Source: Vitrella brassicaformis CCMP3155
Lineage: Eukaryota > Protista > Chromerida
Length of the DNA stretch: 64,000 nt
Reading direction: 5' to 3'
Assembly (NCBI GenBank): GCA_001179505.1
Contig: CDMY01000022.1
Span: forward strand, 124,001 to 188,000
The translations under genes were made by a program, and so were the position numbers. The notes beneath the pieces are model-generated. The model was not told where the DNA came from and did not search any database. It saw nothing but the letters and a program-made list of their open reading frames with translations. Below, in pieces: positions 43,408-54,644 of the stretch. The first letter of the stretch is position 1; the number at the start of each line of letters is the position of its first letter.

Positions 43408-43428
43408 AAACCCTAGCCCCAAACCCTG
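43408..43428 (+). promoter_or_regulatory. AAACCCTA/AAACCCT pair at the inner end of the left inverted repeat
   Basis: aaaccctagccccaaaccctg. Confidence 0.4.
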
Positions 43429-43430
43429 TG

Positions 43431-44763
43431 ATTGTGACCGGCGCGGGGTGGGACTGGGCTACACCTACGCCCTCTCCGTGCGCCAGCGCATGGCATCTGC
43501 AAGGTGCTGGTCAGCCTGGTCTACGACTCCAACCTGTCGGTGGACGGACGGCATGCGGCGGATGAAGTGTGTGCGGAGATCATCGCACGAGGCGGCGAGG
43601 TGACGGCTGACTATCGCTCAGTGATGGAGGGCGAAGCCATTGTGCAGCACTGCATCGACACCTGCCGGCCGTGTGGACATCCTTGTCAACTCAGCCGGGG
43701 CTCTCATTGAAGGTACGTTCGTGGCCAGATCGATGACATACACGTGCACCAAGCAGCGCCGGTCATGCCTGCCTGTATCATTGATGCGTCTGTCAGGTGG
43801 GATCGCCGAGTGCTCCCTCGAGTCCATCGACGCCGTCTACAACACTCACTTCAAAGGGGCGCTCCGCGTCTGCCGCGCCGCCTGGCCGGCCGCACATGGT
43901 CAATCAGAAGTTCGGCCGCATCATCAACATCACCTCAGTGGCGGGTCCCTACGGCGACGCCACGCACGTCGGGTGCGTGGATGGGCGGGGCGTGACGAAC
44001 ACAAACAGCACGTATGTGTGTGTCTGTGTGGGAAGAATGTGCAGGTATGCGAGCATGAAGATGGGGCTGGTTGGGCTGACCAGATAGATCGCTGGCCGCC
44101 GACGGGATGGACAAGGGCATCACCGCCAACTGCGTCGCGCCACTGTGAGCTGACCACGTACACACAGATCATGCACACGGACCTCACTCTCGCCGTGTTC
44201 GTTTGGTTGGTTGTTTCAGTGCCGGCACACGGGTAGTGTTAATATCAGCACCCAGTGGGAGCTGGAGAGGCTCACCGTCTTGACGCCCGACTGGGTGGCG
44301 CCCGTGGTGGTTTATCTGGTCAGTGACCCCCACACACATCACACGCATGCACACTGCACACATATGTCTGTCTGTCTGTCTGTCTCTGTCTGCCTGACTG
44401 CTTGTGGACGGACGCATATCAGTCAATCAGGCGTCGGAGCACTGCCAGCTCACCGGCCGTTTCAACAAGACGGGCGGCAGCTGGGCGGCCGAGACCAGGT
44501 GGCAGAGGTCAGCCGGGCCGGAGGTGCCGGCCGCTAGCAGCCCTCCACCCCTCTGCTGCACCGCCGACATGGACAAGCTCATGTTGGGCGCGTGTGACTT
44601 CGACGACGCCGGCCGCCCTGCGCCTATCACTGACATGCTGGCCAGTACCGAAAAGATACTGCAGAGGGCCGACAGGCTGATGGCAATAGCCATGGCGGTG
44701 TCGACGGTCAAAGGCGGTTGGGCGGTTGGCACTGACCAGCGGCCAGTGGGCCGACGTATATAG
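43431..44763 (+). pseudogene. Decayed SDR, MFE-2/HSD17B4 dehydrogenase-like
   Basis: IVTGAG/xGLG, GRVDILVNSAG, FGRIINITS, YASMK and GITANCVAP are recognisable but split by at least four frameshifts and a TAG (44085-44087). No start upstream of IVTGAG. Confidence 0.85.
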
Positions 44764-45040
44764 TGTATTGTGAATGCACATGAGAGTTCGAGGGTAATTT
44801 GTAGAGGGGAGTTAGAGTGCCGCGCCCGGCGGGCGGTGACAATTTGGCGGTGAGACTTGACTTCTTGTCGTGTTGGCATGGTTGGAGTACTTTTCCCTTC
44901 GACCTGTGCTTGTGAGGGCGTGTACGTGGGTCAGACACTATTGTTTAATTGTGTATAGGTATGTAAAGAGACGCGCTCCTCACTGTTTGATTCATTGGCT
45001 GACTGGTTGGTTGACTGTCGCGCGTCAGCTGATCACGACG

Positions 45041-46042
45041 ATGCGGTTCGAATTCGCTCCATTGATTGTGCTCTTGTGTGTGACTCATTCCGGCTCGGCC
45101 ATCAGCATCAGACGGAGAAACAACGATGACAAGGCAAGCAAACAGACAACTGCACGGGCCGTCCATCGATCATTCATCATTGTGTGTCTGTCTGTGTCTG
45201 TGTGCAGGGTGAGCCGATGGAGCGACTGGTTGAGGAGGGGAAGACCAAATACTCAGAACAGCTGTTTGACGAGGCCATTGCTCCACTGCTCAACCTGGCC
45301 ATCGACAAGCCTTCAGACACACACCACAAAGGTCAGTCAGACAGACAGACAGACGTGCAATGCACACTTGCTGCTGCCGTGTGTGGTCGACCAGTGACGC
45401 TGCATGTTGAGCACGATGTCGCTAACGACGCCAGACGGGACACCATCGCCGGCGAAGAAACCATCCAGGAGTGAGACATTAGGACACCACATGTCCACAA
45501 CATGTGTGTCTTACAGCATGTGTGTCTGTGTCTGTCAAGATACTTCCGCAATCGGCCGTCTGTGTCGTTTGACGGAGCTCCAGACAGAAAGTACACACTC
45601 ATCATGGTCAGTCAGGAGAGGTGACGAGGCGCATTTGTTTATGTGTGGACATGTGGGCAGATGGACGTCGATGACATCCCTCCGAGCCTCAAATGGTGCG
45701 TCACCGACATCCCTCCAACAGGTTTGTCAGAATCCCAGGACATGCAGACACACATCCATGCACTGCTGCATGGGCTCAGGCGTGGTCGCTGCCGGCGATG
45801 AGCGTTTCCCATACGAGCCGCCAACCACCATCGGCCACACGTACGCCTTCCTCCTTTTCGAGCAGTCTCTCGACGCCAGAACGCCAGCCAAACCCTTCCC
45901 GACTCGGCTTCCCATTCTGCCCGTACCAAACCCCGACGGCACAACATTCGACGCGTCCCACTTCGCGGAAGACAACGACTTGTTGCTTGTCGATTTCACC
46001 TTCGTCCGCATCAAAGCTACACCCGACCTGAGCTTCCCGTGA
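45041..46042 (+). CDS. Secreted PEBP (phosphatidylethanolamine-binding) family-like protein
   Basis: Signal-peptide-like MRFEFAPLIVLLCVTHSGSA, then KYTLIM|MDVDD...KWCVTDIP, YEPP...GHTYAFLLFEQ and FDASHFAEDNDL, matching the PEBP motif layout. Confidence 0.72.
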
Positions 46043-47645
46043 GTGCATCCAGTGCAGATGGATGGACAGACACCGAAACGAATGTGCGCGTGAATTGAGC
46101 TGAGAAGGTCTGTGTGCTTTCGGTTGGTGCGCATTATACGTAGCCACAGATTTATTCAGCGTCTGTGTCTGATCGACAGCGACACGAACATCCATCCATC
46201 CACTGACACAAACGCACGGCCGCACAGACGCACTCACCAAGCAGCTAGGACACCAAGAAAGATCTAGAGCATGAACGCACACGCACACACCACCCACATA
46301 CACTCACCCACACGCACATCATGCACGGCCTAAATGCACAAACCACACACACACACACACACACTCACCTGCACGAACACACATCGACCAACCAATCGAC
46401 CATCCATCAAAAGAGCATTGCACACGAAAGACAGACAGACAGACAGCCCACCGTCCACTCGAGCAGCCAACTAGAGAGGGGGATGCCTGGCCTGCATACG
46501 TACGTGCGCTCTCCTCTCCTCTCCCCCACCTGTCTCTCACACCACACCCACGGACACAGGCAGGCAGCCATTCAGACACGTGAAACGACATTCTAAGAGG
46601 GAGCGACGGACGGGAGGGAGGGAGGGAGGGATGGTATGGCGTGCCTGCCTGCCTGCCTATCCCGTGGCTGCGCAAGCAGAGAGGTGCGACGAGGTAACAA
46701 AAAACGATCGACACACCCCCCAAGCCTGGCAGGTAGGCACAGCGGGTAGCAGGCAGGCGAGGCGAACACCACAGTGCACGCCACGCACCACATGCAGCAA
46801 ACACACACACACACGCACTCAAATAAATACACTGGCTGCCTGGCTGAGGTGGCTGAGGTAAGGTGAGGTAGATAATATATAGACGTCATCATCATGGCTG
46901 ATGGGATCGGCTGGACGATCTACACTGTCTGTCTGTCTGTCTGTGATGTGCGTGTGCACATGTCTCTCTCCATGAAGCTGGGGCGCCCGACGGACAGACA
47001 GACTGTGTCTGCCACGCACTGTACTGCCGCCACACAAACTCATAGACCCTTATGTAAGGGACATGACATACACGCAGGGATGGGAGGGCAGGGCGGGGCG
47101 GGGGAGGAAGCGGTGGGCGAATGCGTGGGTGGGCAGGTGGGAGGGTGGGCCCATAAAGAAGCGATCGACAACAACAAACAAAGCAAAGTCAAAGAAACGA
47201 ACAAAGATAGCGGGGAGGGATCAAGGGGATCACATCAAGGGGGCGGGGCCGTCGGTCTCAACAACCGGCACGGCGATCGATGAAAGAGGACGTGCGTACG
47301 CATGACCGATACGAACGCATCGCACATACATAGATAGGTTGACGGGTGGCAGGCAGACAAATTGACTGCATGGCACGCACTGCATGAACCAACGAACGGA
47401 TGCGTGAGACGAGACGCCTGACTGACATGACTGACACACCACTGGCTGAGCTGGCTGATTGACAATCACCGACCCGCCCCCCCGCCCACCACATAGAAAT
47501 ACAGACAGACATACAAACATACAAACATGACATAGACACGTAGAGTAGACGTGCACACATGTGCAGCAGCGACACGACAATACACACTTATACTTGGTTG
47601 ATAAATAGGCACCCCTCCCTCCCCTCTCCCCCCCCCCTCTCCCCT

Positions 47646-47945
47646 NNNNNNNNNNNNNNNNNNNNNNNNNNNNNNNNNNNNNNNNNNNNNNNNNNNNNNN
47701 NNNNNNNNNNNNNNNNNNNNNNNNNNNNNNNNNNNNNNNNNNNNNNNNNNNNNNNNNNNNNNNNNNNNNNNNNNNNNNNNNNNNNNNNNNNNNNNNNNNN
47801 NNNNNNNNNNNNNNNNNNNNNNNNNNNNNNNNNNNNNNNNNNNNNNNNNNNNNNNNNNNNNNNNNNNNNNNNNNNNNNNNNNNNNNNNNNNNNNNNNNNN
47901 NNNNNNNNNNNNNNNNNNNNNNNNNNNNNNNNNNNNNNNNNNNNN
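47646..47945. other. Assembly gap (300 N) flanked by C/CT-rich tracts
   Basis: Run of N. Confidence 1.
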
Positions 47946-49916
47946 CCCCCCCTCTCCCCTCTCCATCCTCACACACATGACATGGTAGGGGAAAGGAAGG
48001 CAACCAGGGAATCGACACGCACATACATACATACATACACGCCACGCATCACACCTTCCCCTTCACAAGCATCTATCTCATCGACTAACTAAACACACAC
48101 TGCACCGGACAGCACCGCACCATGAACACGAGACTGACGCATAGAAATACGGATGGGGAGGGGCCGCATTGCCCGCATGGCATGGCATCGCATGGCATCG
48201 CATCATGTCACCTACCTGCAGCGCGTCGGTACACCCATAGAACTACAGACAGCACGGCACTACACCAACCAGCCAACCAGCAAGACGCTCTCTCCCCCCT
48301 CCCAATGAGATGGATGTACGTGTGTAGTGTAAGTGTGTCCCTCTCGCAGTGTCGCAGCTGCCTCGGCAAAGGAGCCAAACCATGCAGCCGAGACAGAACG
48401 ATCGCGACACGTGTGTGCACCCACAGACCCACCCCCGCGCAGACAGACACCGACACGAACAGATCTTTCCAGCCAGGCGAGATGGCGTGATGTGAGTAAG
48501 ATGTCTGTGTGTCTGTCTGGTGGGAAGGAACACTGTATTCGCTTTCCTCGCCCAGCCACCCACCCACCCCACTCAGGCAGGGAGGCAGGGCGAGACAAAT
48601 AAAGAGTATGTGGACCATTGAAACGACGCTCCCACCCACCCAGCCCTCCACATCACTCACATACAGTCAGTGCATTGGTCGATCGATCGTTCGTTCGGCT
48701 GTGTGCGTGTGTGCTGCTGTTCAAAACTCCCCTTCCTCTCCCTCCCTGCCGTCAATCAACACTTATCCACGCTGGCTGAATGAATGACACACAGGCGATC
48801 CATGAGCGGCTACACTGGACTGACGCAGTCGGGTGCGAGGGTGGGCGAGTGAGAGAGCGAAAGAGATAAATGATATGATGATCCCCTTGTCTGTCTGTCT
48901 GTCTGTCTGTCTGTTTGGTTCTGCGGATAGGTGAGAGTGATGGTGAGTGAGTGCACTGAAAGGCATGCAGGCAGATAGGAAGTAGTGAGTGTGTGTTGGT
49001 GTTGGAACCAATGCAACCAACACACTGGCTGGCTCTTGCCAGTCATGTAAACCAGCCAGGCGTTGGTGGGACGGGACGAGACGAGACGACTGCACCCCCC
49101 AACGCACACACAGACGCAGCAGGCTGCCAGCCAGGCAGCCAGTGAGTGAGTCAAAAATCGATCTGTCGATCCACGACACGCGCCAGGCACGCCCTGCCCC
49201 GATGTGTGCCTCCCCTCCCCTCCCCCCCTGGCCGTCCCTGCAGCCATGAAGCGCATGCGATGTATTCCGGCATGATGGCGATGATGATGGGGTGTGTGTG
49301 TGTGTGTGTGTTGTCGATAGCTCAATCGGTGGTGGTGGTGCGCTGACACAGCGACGAAAAAAATGTCACCTCACTCGCTCACTCACTCAGACAAAAGGCA
49401 GGCAGGCAGGCAGGCAGAGAGGTGACTTGAAAGGAAGAACTAGGGAGCTAGAACATAATAACACATACGCACTCTCGTCGCACCACGGAGCCATGTCGGC
49501 GTCCGTGGACAGCTGGATGGATGGATGGATGGATGGCCGGTGGGCCGTATGAAACAAAGATCGACCAACCGACCACCAGTATTCCAGCCAGTGTGTCCAC
49601 CCCTCTCTCTCTGGCTGTGTGTGCTCCCCTCTCCCCTCTCTCCCCTCCCCTCCCTGCCCTGTGCCCCTCCAAAAAGCCTAGCTAGAGAGCACTCACACAC
49701 ACGTGGCCACACTGCAAACACACACCCCTGGAGGGAGGCAGGCAGGCAGGCAGCCAGCCAGCCAGGCGACGATTCTGCCCGTCTGTCTGTCTCTCTCGCT
49801 TAAATGCCCGGCCACCATATACTCACTCATGGACAGACTTCGAGATATGCACTGCACGTCAATCCTGCCTGTCTGCCTGCCTGCCTGCCTGTTCTCTGTG
49901 TCAGTCGGGTCGGCGA

Positions 49917-52900
49917 CTAGTCCCTCCCGGCCATCCACGAGGGCATTGAGTTGGTGCTGTTCTGCGCCACGATGTCGCCCGAGGCCCAGAGGATCCAGAA
50001 GAAGATGAAGCACACCCACACGCACAGCGACCCGTAGAACTTCCACGGCTGGTCCAGACACCGACGCCACTTGACCGGGAAGCCCCCCCTGTCGTAGATG
50101 ACCAGGGTGGCGCACGCCGTGAAGATCTCGATGGTCAGCTGCACCAGGAGGGCGGCGAGGGCCTGCTTGGGGGGGCACTCGGTGCGGCCCAGCTGGATGA
50201 GGCCCGGGAAGAGGGCCGGGGTGAAGGAACCCAATATGGTCTGCATCACACCGGGGATCACTATCGCTGCAAACTCACTCAACAGACCTGATTGGTCGAT
50301 CGGCGCACAGGACAGGCAAATATCACATATATCCACACATGTGCATCGTTTGCTGTGCTCAGCCTGTGTGTCCGTGCCGTGAGTCACTCCTTACACTTAC
50401 CGACATGCACGTCGAGGACGAACACATCTACTGCCCGCTCCCACTTGCGGGGGTCCGAGGACATGCGCCAGAAGCGGCAGCCGGACGTGGCGAACCGCCA
50501 CAAGTCCATCGACCGCCCGTACAGCGTGTCGCCCGTCACCGTCGTCATCGACTCCGACCGGTTCACCGCCGCCGCTCCGTCACGCGACGGCTGCTGGGAG
50601 ATGGATGGCCCCAGCGTCAAGATGGCCATGTCCAACCCGCCCTCCCGCCCATAATCCTCGGACGCCATCCCCTCCCCCTCCCAGCCGTCCTCCCAGTAGA
50701 CACGGCTGCCGGGCCCCTCATGGCCAGTGTTGGTGTCGTTAGGCTCGTCCCGAGGGCTCTCGCCCTCACACGGGAAGGGGTCACCGGGATGCACGTCGGG
50801 GCGAGGGAGGTCGGGAGGGCAGGGGGACTGCATGGGCGGCGGAGATGGCCTGAAGATGGGGTAAATCTGCCGTGGTGTGGGGGGGTGGCTGGCCACCTCG
50901 GCTGAGCAGCAGGCGATAGCGCCGAAGAGCGAGCAGGAAGCTGGGCTGCTGAGAGACCTGCTCCGGCTGGCGGCAGTGGGAGGCCTGCAGGGGCCGCACG
51001 ATGGAGGGTCCACCATCTCGTGGTGGAGCCTGGGTACCCCATTCTTCTTGTTGCTCTTGTCCCGCCATCTGCGGCTGCGGCGTTTGCGTCTACCCCTGCT
51101 CTGCCGCGAGGAGCTGGTGCTGCCCACCTGCGGCTGGCATCTCGCCTCCTCGGGGATAATCACCTCAGTATCCTGCTGCTGCTGCTGCTGCTGACGCTGC
51201 TGCTGATGCGGCTGCATCTCCTGCAGACAGGGAGGGTCAGGCTCGTCGGGCAGGTCAGCGATGGTCTTGGTTGGCGCCAGGGGGTCGGGTGGGGGCGACA
51301 TCTGTGAGCAGCTGGACGAGGCGCTGTTCTGGTGCTGAATCATGAGAGGCGCCTTGCCCTTGAACACGTCCTTTCTCTTGTCGTCGATGGAGAGGCTGCC
51401 GTCTCGCCTCGCGAGCCTGCGGAGCCGCTTGTAGACGCACAGCCACACGACCCGCCAGAAGAGGTCGAAGCAGCTGTCGAGGAGGGAGGCGATGGCCACG
51501 GTGGAGAACTCGGGCAGACGCAAGATGAAGAGACGCAGAAGCGCTAGGGAGAAGGTGCGATACTGAGCAGATGTGACACACACCCGACACACGGACACAG
51601 AGACAGACCCATTGGCTCGGTCGGTCGATCACATACATCTCTCTCTGCGTGTATGTTTCCTTCCTTGCTCACCATGAAGATGTTGCTGCCGTAGACGGAG
51701 AGGGGCACGTTGACCCTGACGTTGCGGTAGATGGCCCTCTGTATCATCTCGACGGCCTCCAGGACCACGTAGAGACAGACAATGTAGGCCACGAACAGCC
51801 ACATGATCTGGTCGGCCGACCCCAGCCACCGGTCCCCCAGCCACTCGATGCGGTCCACGTCCTCGTCGTACTCTATCCACCAGCGGATGTAGCCGTACAA
51901 AAACGACGCGGCCATGATGCCACAAAACGACAGAAACGTGGCCAGCACCACCATCAGGAAGGGCTGCCAGCTCTTGAAGGGGCGCCGGGGTTTGGGGGCC
52001 GCGATCCACGCCACTATGGGCGCCTTGATGAGGAAAAAGACGTCCACCAGCACCGACCAACGGTTTTGGTAGACCAGCGCCGCATCGTCCGGCAGCTTGG
52101 CGAGGGTGAAGCCCGCCGCGAGCATGACGACCACGGCCAGTGAGTAGGTCAGGATGCACCTGCGTGTCCCCAGGACGCCCTTGGGCAGCAGGAGGACGCT
52201 CCACACGAGCAGTGCGCCGTCCATGGTGAAGAACATGGGTATGCGGGCCATGAGGTAGTAGTCGCAGAACCGCAGCGACGTGCTGAAGTAGACGATCGTC
52301 TTGATGATGACGGCCATAACGGCCACCATGACGGCGAAGACAGCCGTGACGGCGAGCAGCATGAGGAAGGTCACCCCGCTCCTGTTGATGCACTCGTTCC
52401 AGTCGAAGTCGTCCTGTGCGTCAGGCAGGCAGCACTGGCACCACCACCGACGCGTCGGTGGGATGGTGCGCTTGGGCGAGGGGGATGACGTCCACGGGCA
52501 GTTCTGCAGGGGAGGGAGGGGGGCGGGTGAGAGGGCGGGAGGGGGCGCCCGGGTGTGGTCGATGCGGGAGAGGCCCAGGGGAGGCGAGTCGTCTAGAGAC
52601 CCGTCCACAGACGGCAACAGGTGCTGTGGCCGCTCGTGCACCTGCACATACGCACAGACAGACAGACAGACAAATGAATGAGGAGGCACCGCGCGACGAG
52701 GCGAGAACCGAGTGCATTCTCTCACCGGCATGTCGACTGGCTGTTGCCTCTGCAACCCCTCTGCTGCGTCAGGCATCTTGGTGTCCGGGCTGCACTCCCA
52801 CCCGACTCCCATGGTGCTGACGGCAGACGTCACAGATACCAGCACTTCGCTGTTGAACAGCACACTAGGTGGGTCATCCGCCGCCTCGCTCTCTCCCTCA

Positions 52901-53109
52901 TCGCTGCTGTTGGTGCTCTCTGGCGCCTCGGTGGACGGCGCCGACCTAAGAGGCTGGATGCCGCCTGGCCGCGGGCCGTGCAGGGCCCTCCCGCTGGCAG
53001 TGGGACGTCTGGGGTGATGGCGACTTGCCGAAAGCCGGATGCCTTCGACAGGCACTGCGAAGCTGTCCTCTGCCGGGACGACGCAGATCGTCGTCAGAAG
53101 CTCCGCCAT
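49917..53109 (-). CDS. Multi-pass membrane protein of unknown family with large disordered loops
   Basis: Long GC3-rich exons (52420-51670, 51560-50400, 50290-49917) encode about 10 hydrophobic segments with Pro/Gln-rich loops. Confidence 0.7.
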
Positions 53110-53356
53110 GCCGCCCTCGTCAGTCAGGAGGCTGCCACCTGTGCAGTGGGGAGGGCGGCTGAGGCAGATCTCAAGGCGCTATTATATGCACAGATCTGCA
53201 CCACTCACTGTTTCGCGCACAGTAGTGCCCTAACCACAACTGGGCGGCACACAACATGCAGGCTGTCTGTCTGTCCGTCTGTCCATCCATCCATCCATCC
53301 ATCCATCCATCCACAAGCACCAGTGTTTTCTGGCCTGCGTGTGTCATGTAGGTATG

Positions 53357-54358
53357 TCACTCGACGGTCATGCTGCCCAGTGTTGCTCGCGGCTCGACGC
53401 CCTTGTCGCGCAGCCCCTTGCACATGGCCACCTTCCACCCCAGCTTGAGCTGCATGCTGCCCCCTGGCCACTCCCGCAGAAGACCGTCGATCCACAGATA
53501 ATCGGCATACGACGCCTTGTGCAGGTCGAGAATCTCATCAAGCGCCTGGCCCGAAACCTCCTCCTAGCAGACAGACATTGCACCAACCAGCCAGATAAAG
53601 AAGGTAGGCAGGCGGCCATGCCATGGGTGTGCTGTCTTTGTCACTCAGGTCGCCTACCTCCAGCAGGGTCGGTGCGATCTCTTGCAGTTTCTTGTACTTC
53701 TTGCCGGCGTCCATGAGTTTGGCATGCACCTTGTCGGCACTCAGCTCTGCCAATGGCACCTTCTTGCTCCTCTCCACTGCCTCAATGTCGCCGCTGCCTC
53801 TGCGGTCGGGCGTCAGGAACATATAGAGCTGAATGGCTGGGCCGGCCCGCATGCCCCACTGCTCGCGCATCGTCTGGACATCACGATTCTCAACCAGCAC
53901 CTGCATCAGCGTGTCCGCATCCAACTGGTGCTGTACACAGGAAGGGCAGCATGGCATGGCGCACAGAGTCAGTGACAGGACAGACAAAGACTTTCCTTCT
54001 GTGTGTGGCTCACTGCAACGATGACCGACGCCAGCTTTTGAACTTCGGGTACATCGCTGGACCGCATGCGCTTTGCCAGCTTCTTCACCGCCTCAGGGGC
54101 GGCAGCAGCCACCTCTGGTGCCTCATTTCCTCTCGCAGCAGCAGCACCCTGCGTCACGTTCACCTCGATCAGCGGCGGAATGGCGCCTTGCTTCCGAGCC
54201 TTGGATGCGCGCCCTTTCTTGGGAGGGATGGCGGCGGCTCTCTTGCGGCTCGACGGCCTCTTGGGCACGTAGTCCTCTTCGTCGAACTCGGGCTGGTACT
54301 CATCCTCCATCTCCTCACCACCTGCCGACTCATCCTCGGGCACGTAATCTTCGTCCAT
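53357..54358 (-). CDS. Protein with acidic/basic N-terminus and two SAM (sterile alpha motif)-like units
   Basis: Three exons. HQLDADTLMQV...WGMRAGPAIQLYMFL and LSADKVHAKL...EEEVSGQAL...MQLKLGWKVAMCKGL follow SAM-like spacing; KRPSSRKR/PPKKGR are NLS-like. Confidence 0.5.
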
Positions 54359-54644
54359 GTCGGGGCAGAGAGAAGGGAAAGAACTTCGCCCCCCTTCAGC
54401 TAAGCTCGCATCTGCGAGCTGCGCCAGAAGGGCGTTTCCTGGCCTTTTTCGCTCTCTGTACTTCCCAGGGCCTTGAGAGCAGCAGTTGGTGAGTCCAACC
54501 GGCCGGGTCGGCTGCTGTCGGCCCTCTGTTGCATTCCCCGGTGCCAGATAGTCATCCAACCATCCATCTGTGTGTGGAGAGAGAAGCTGAAGTCAAGCAA
54601 GAAGAAGCAGAATAGTCGAGAGTCCGCCCGTCCGTCCGTCAGGG

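Larger units (their letters stand above)
40382..43430. repeat. ~3 kb inverted repeat, left copy (partner 58954-61972)
   Basis: Reverse complement aligns by eye along its length with 58954-61972, including introns and flanks: gtcaccatcggtccccgcgggcagatcgatcatgtgtgagtgagagtggaca at the outer end and aaaccctagccccaaaccctgt at the inner end. Confidence 0.95.

Noticed and set aside
47230-48092. ORFs spanning the second N-gap
   Set aside because: Artefacts of N in low-complexity non-coding DNA.
46050-49900. Possible gene or ncRNA in the long spacer
   Set aside because: Microsatellite-dominated, with no supportable ORF or RNA structure.
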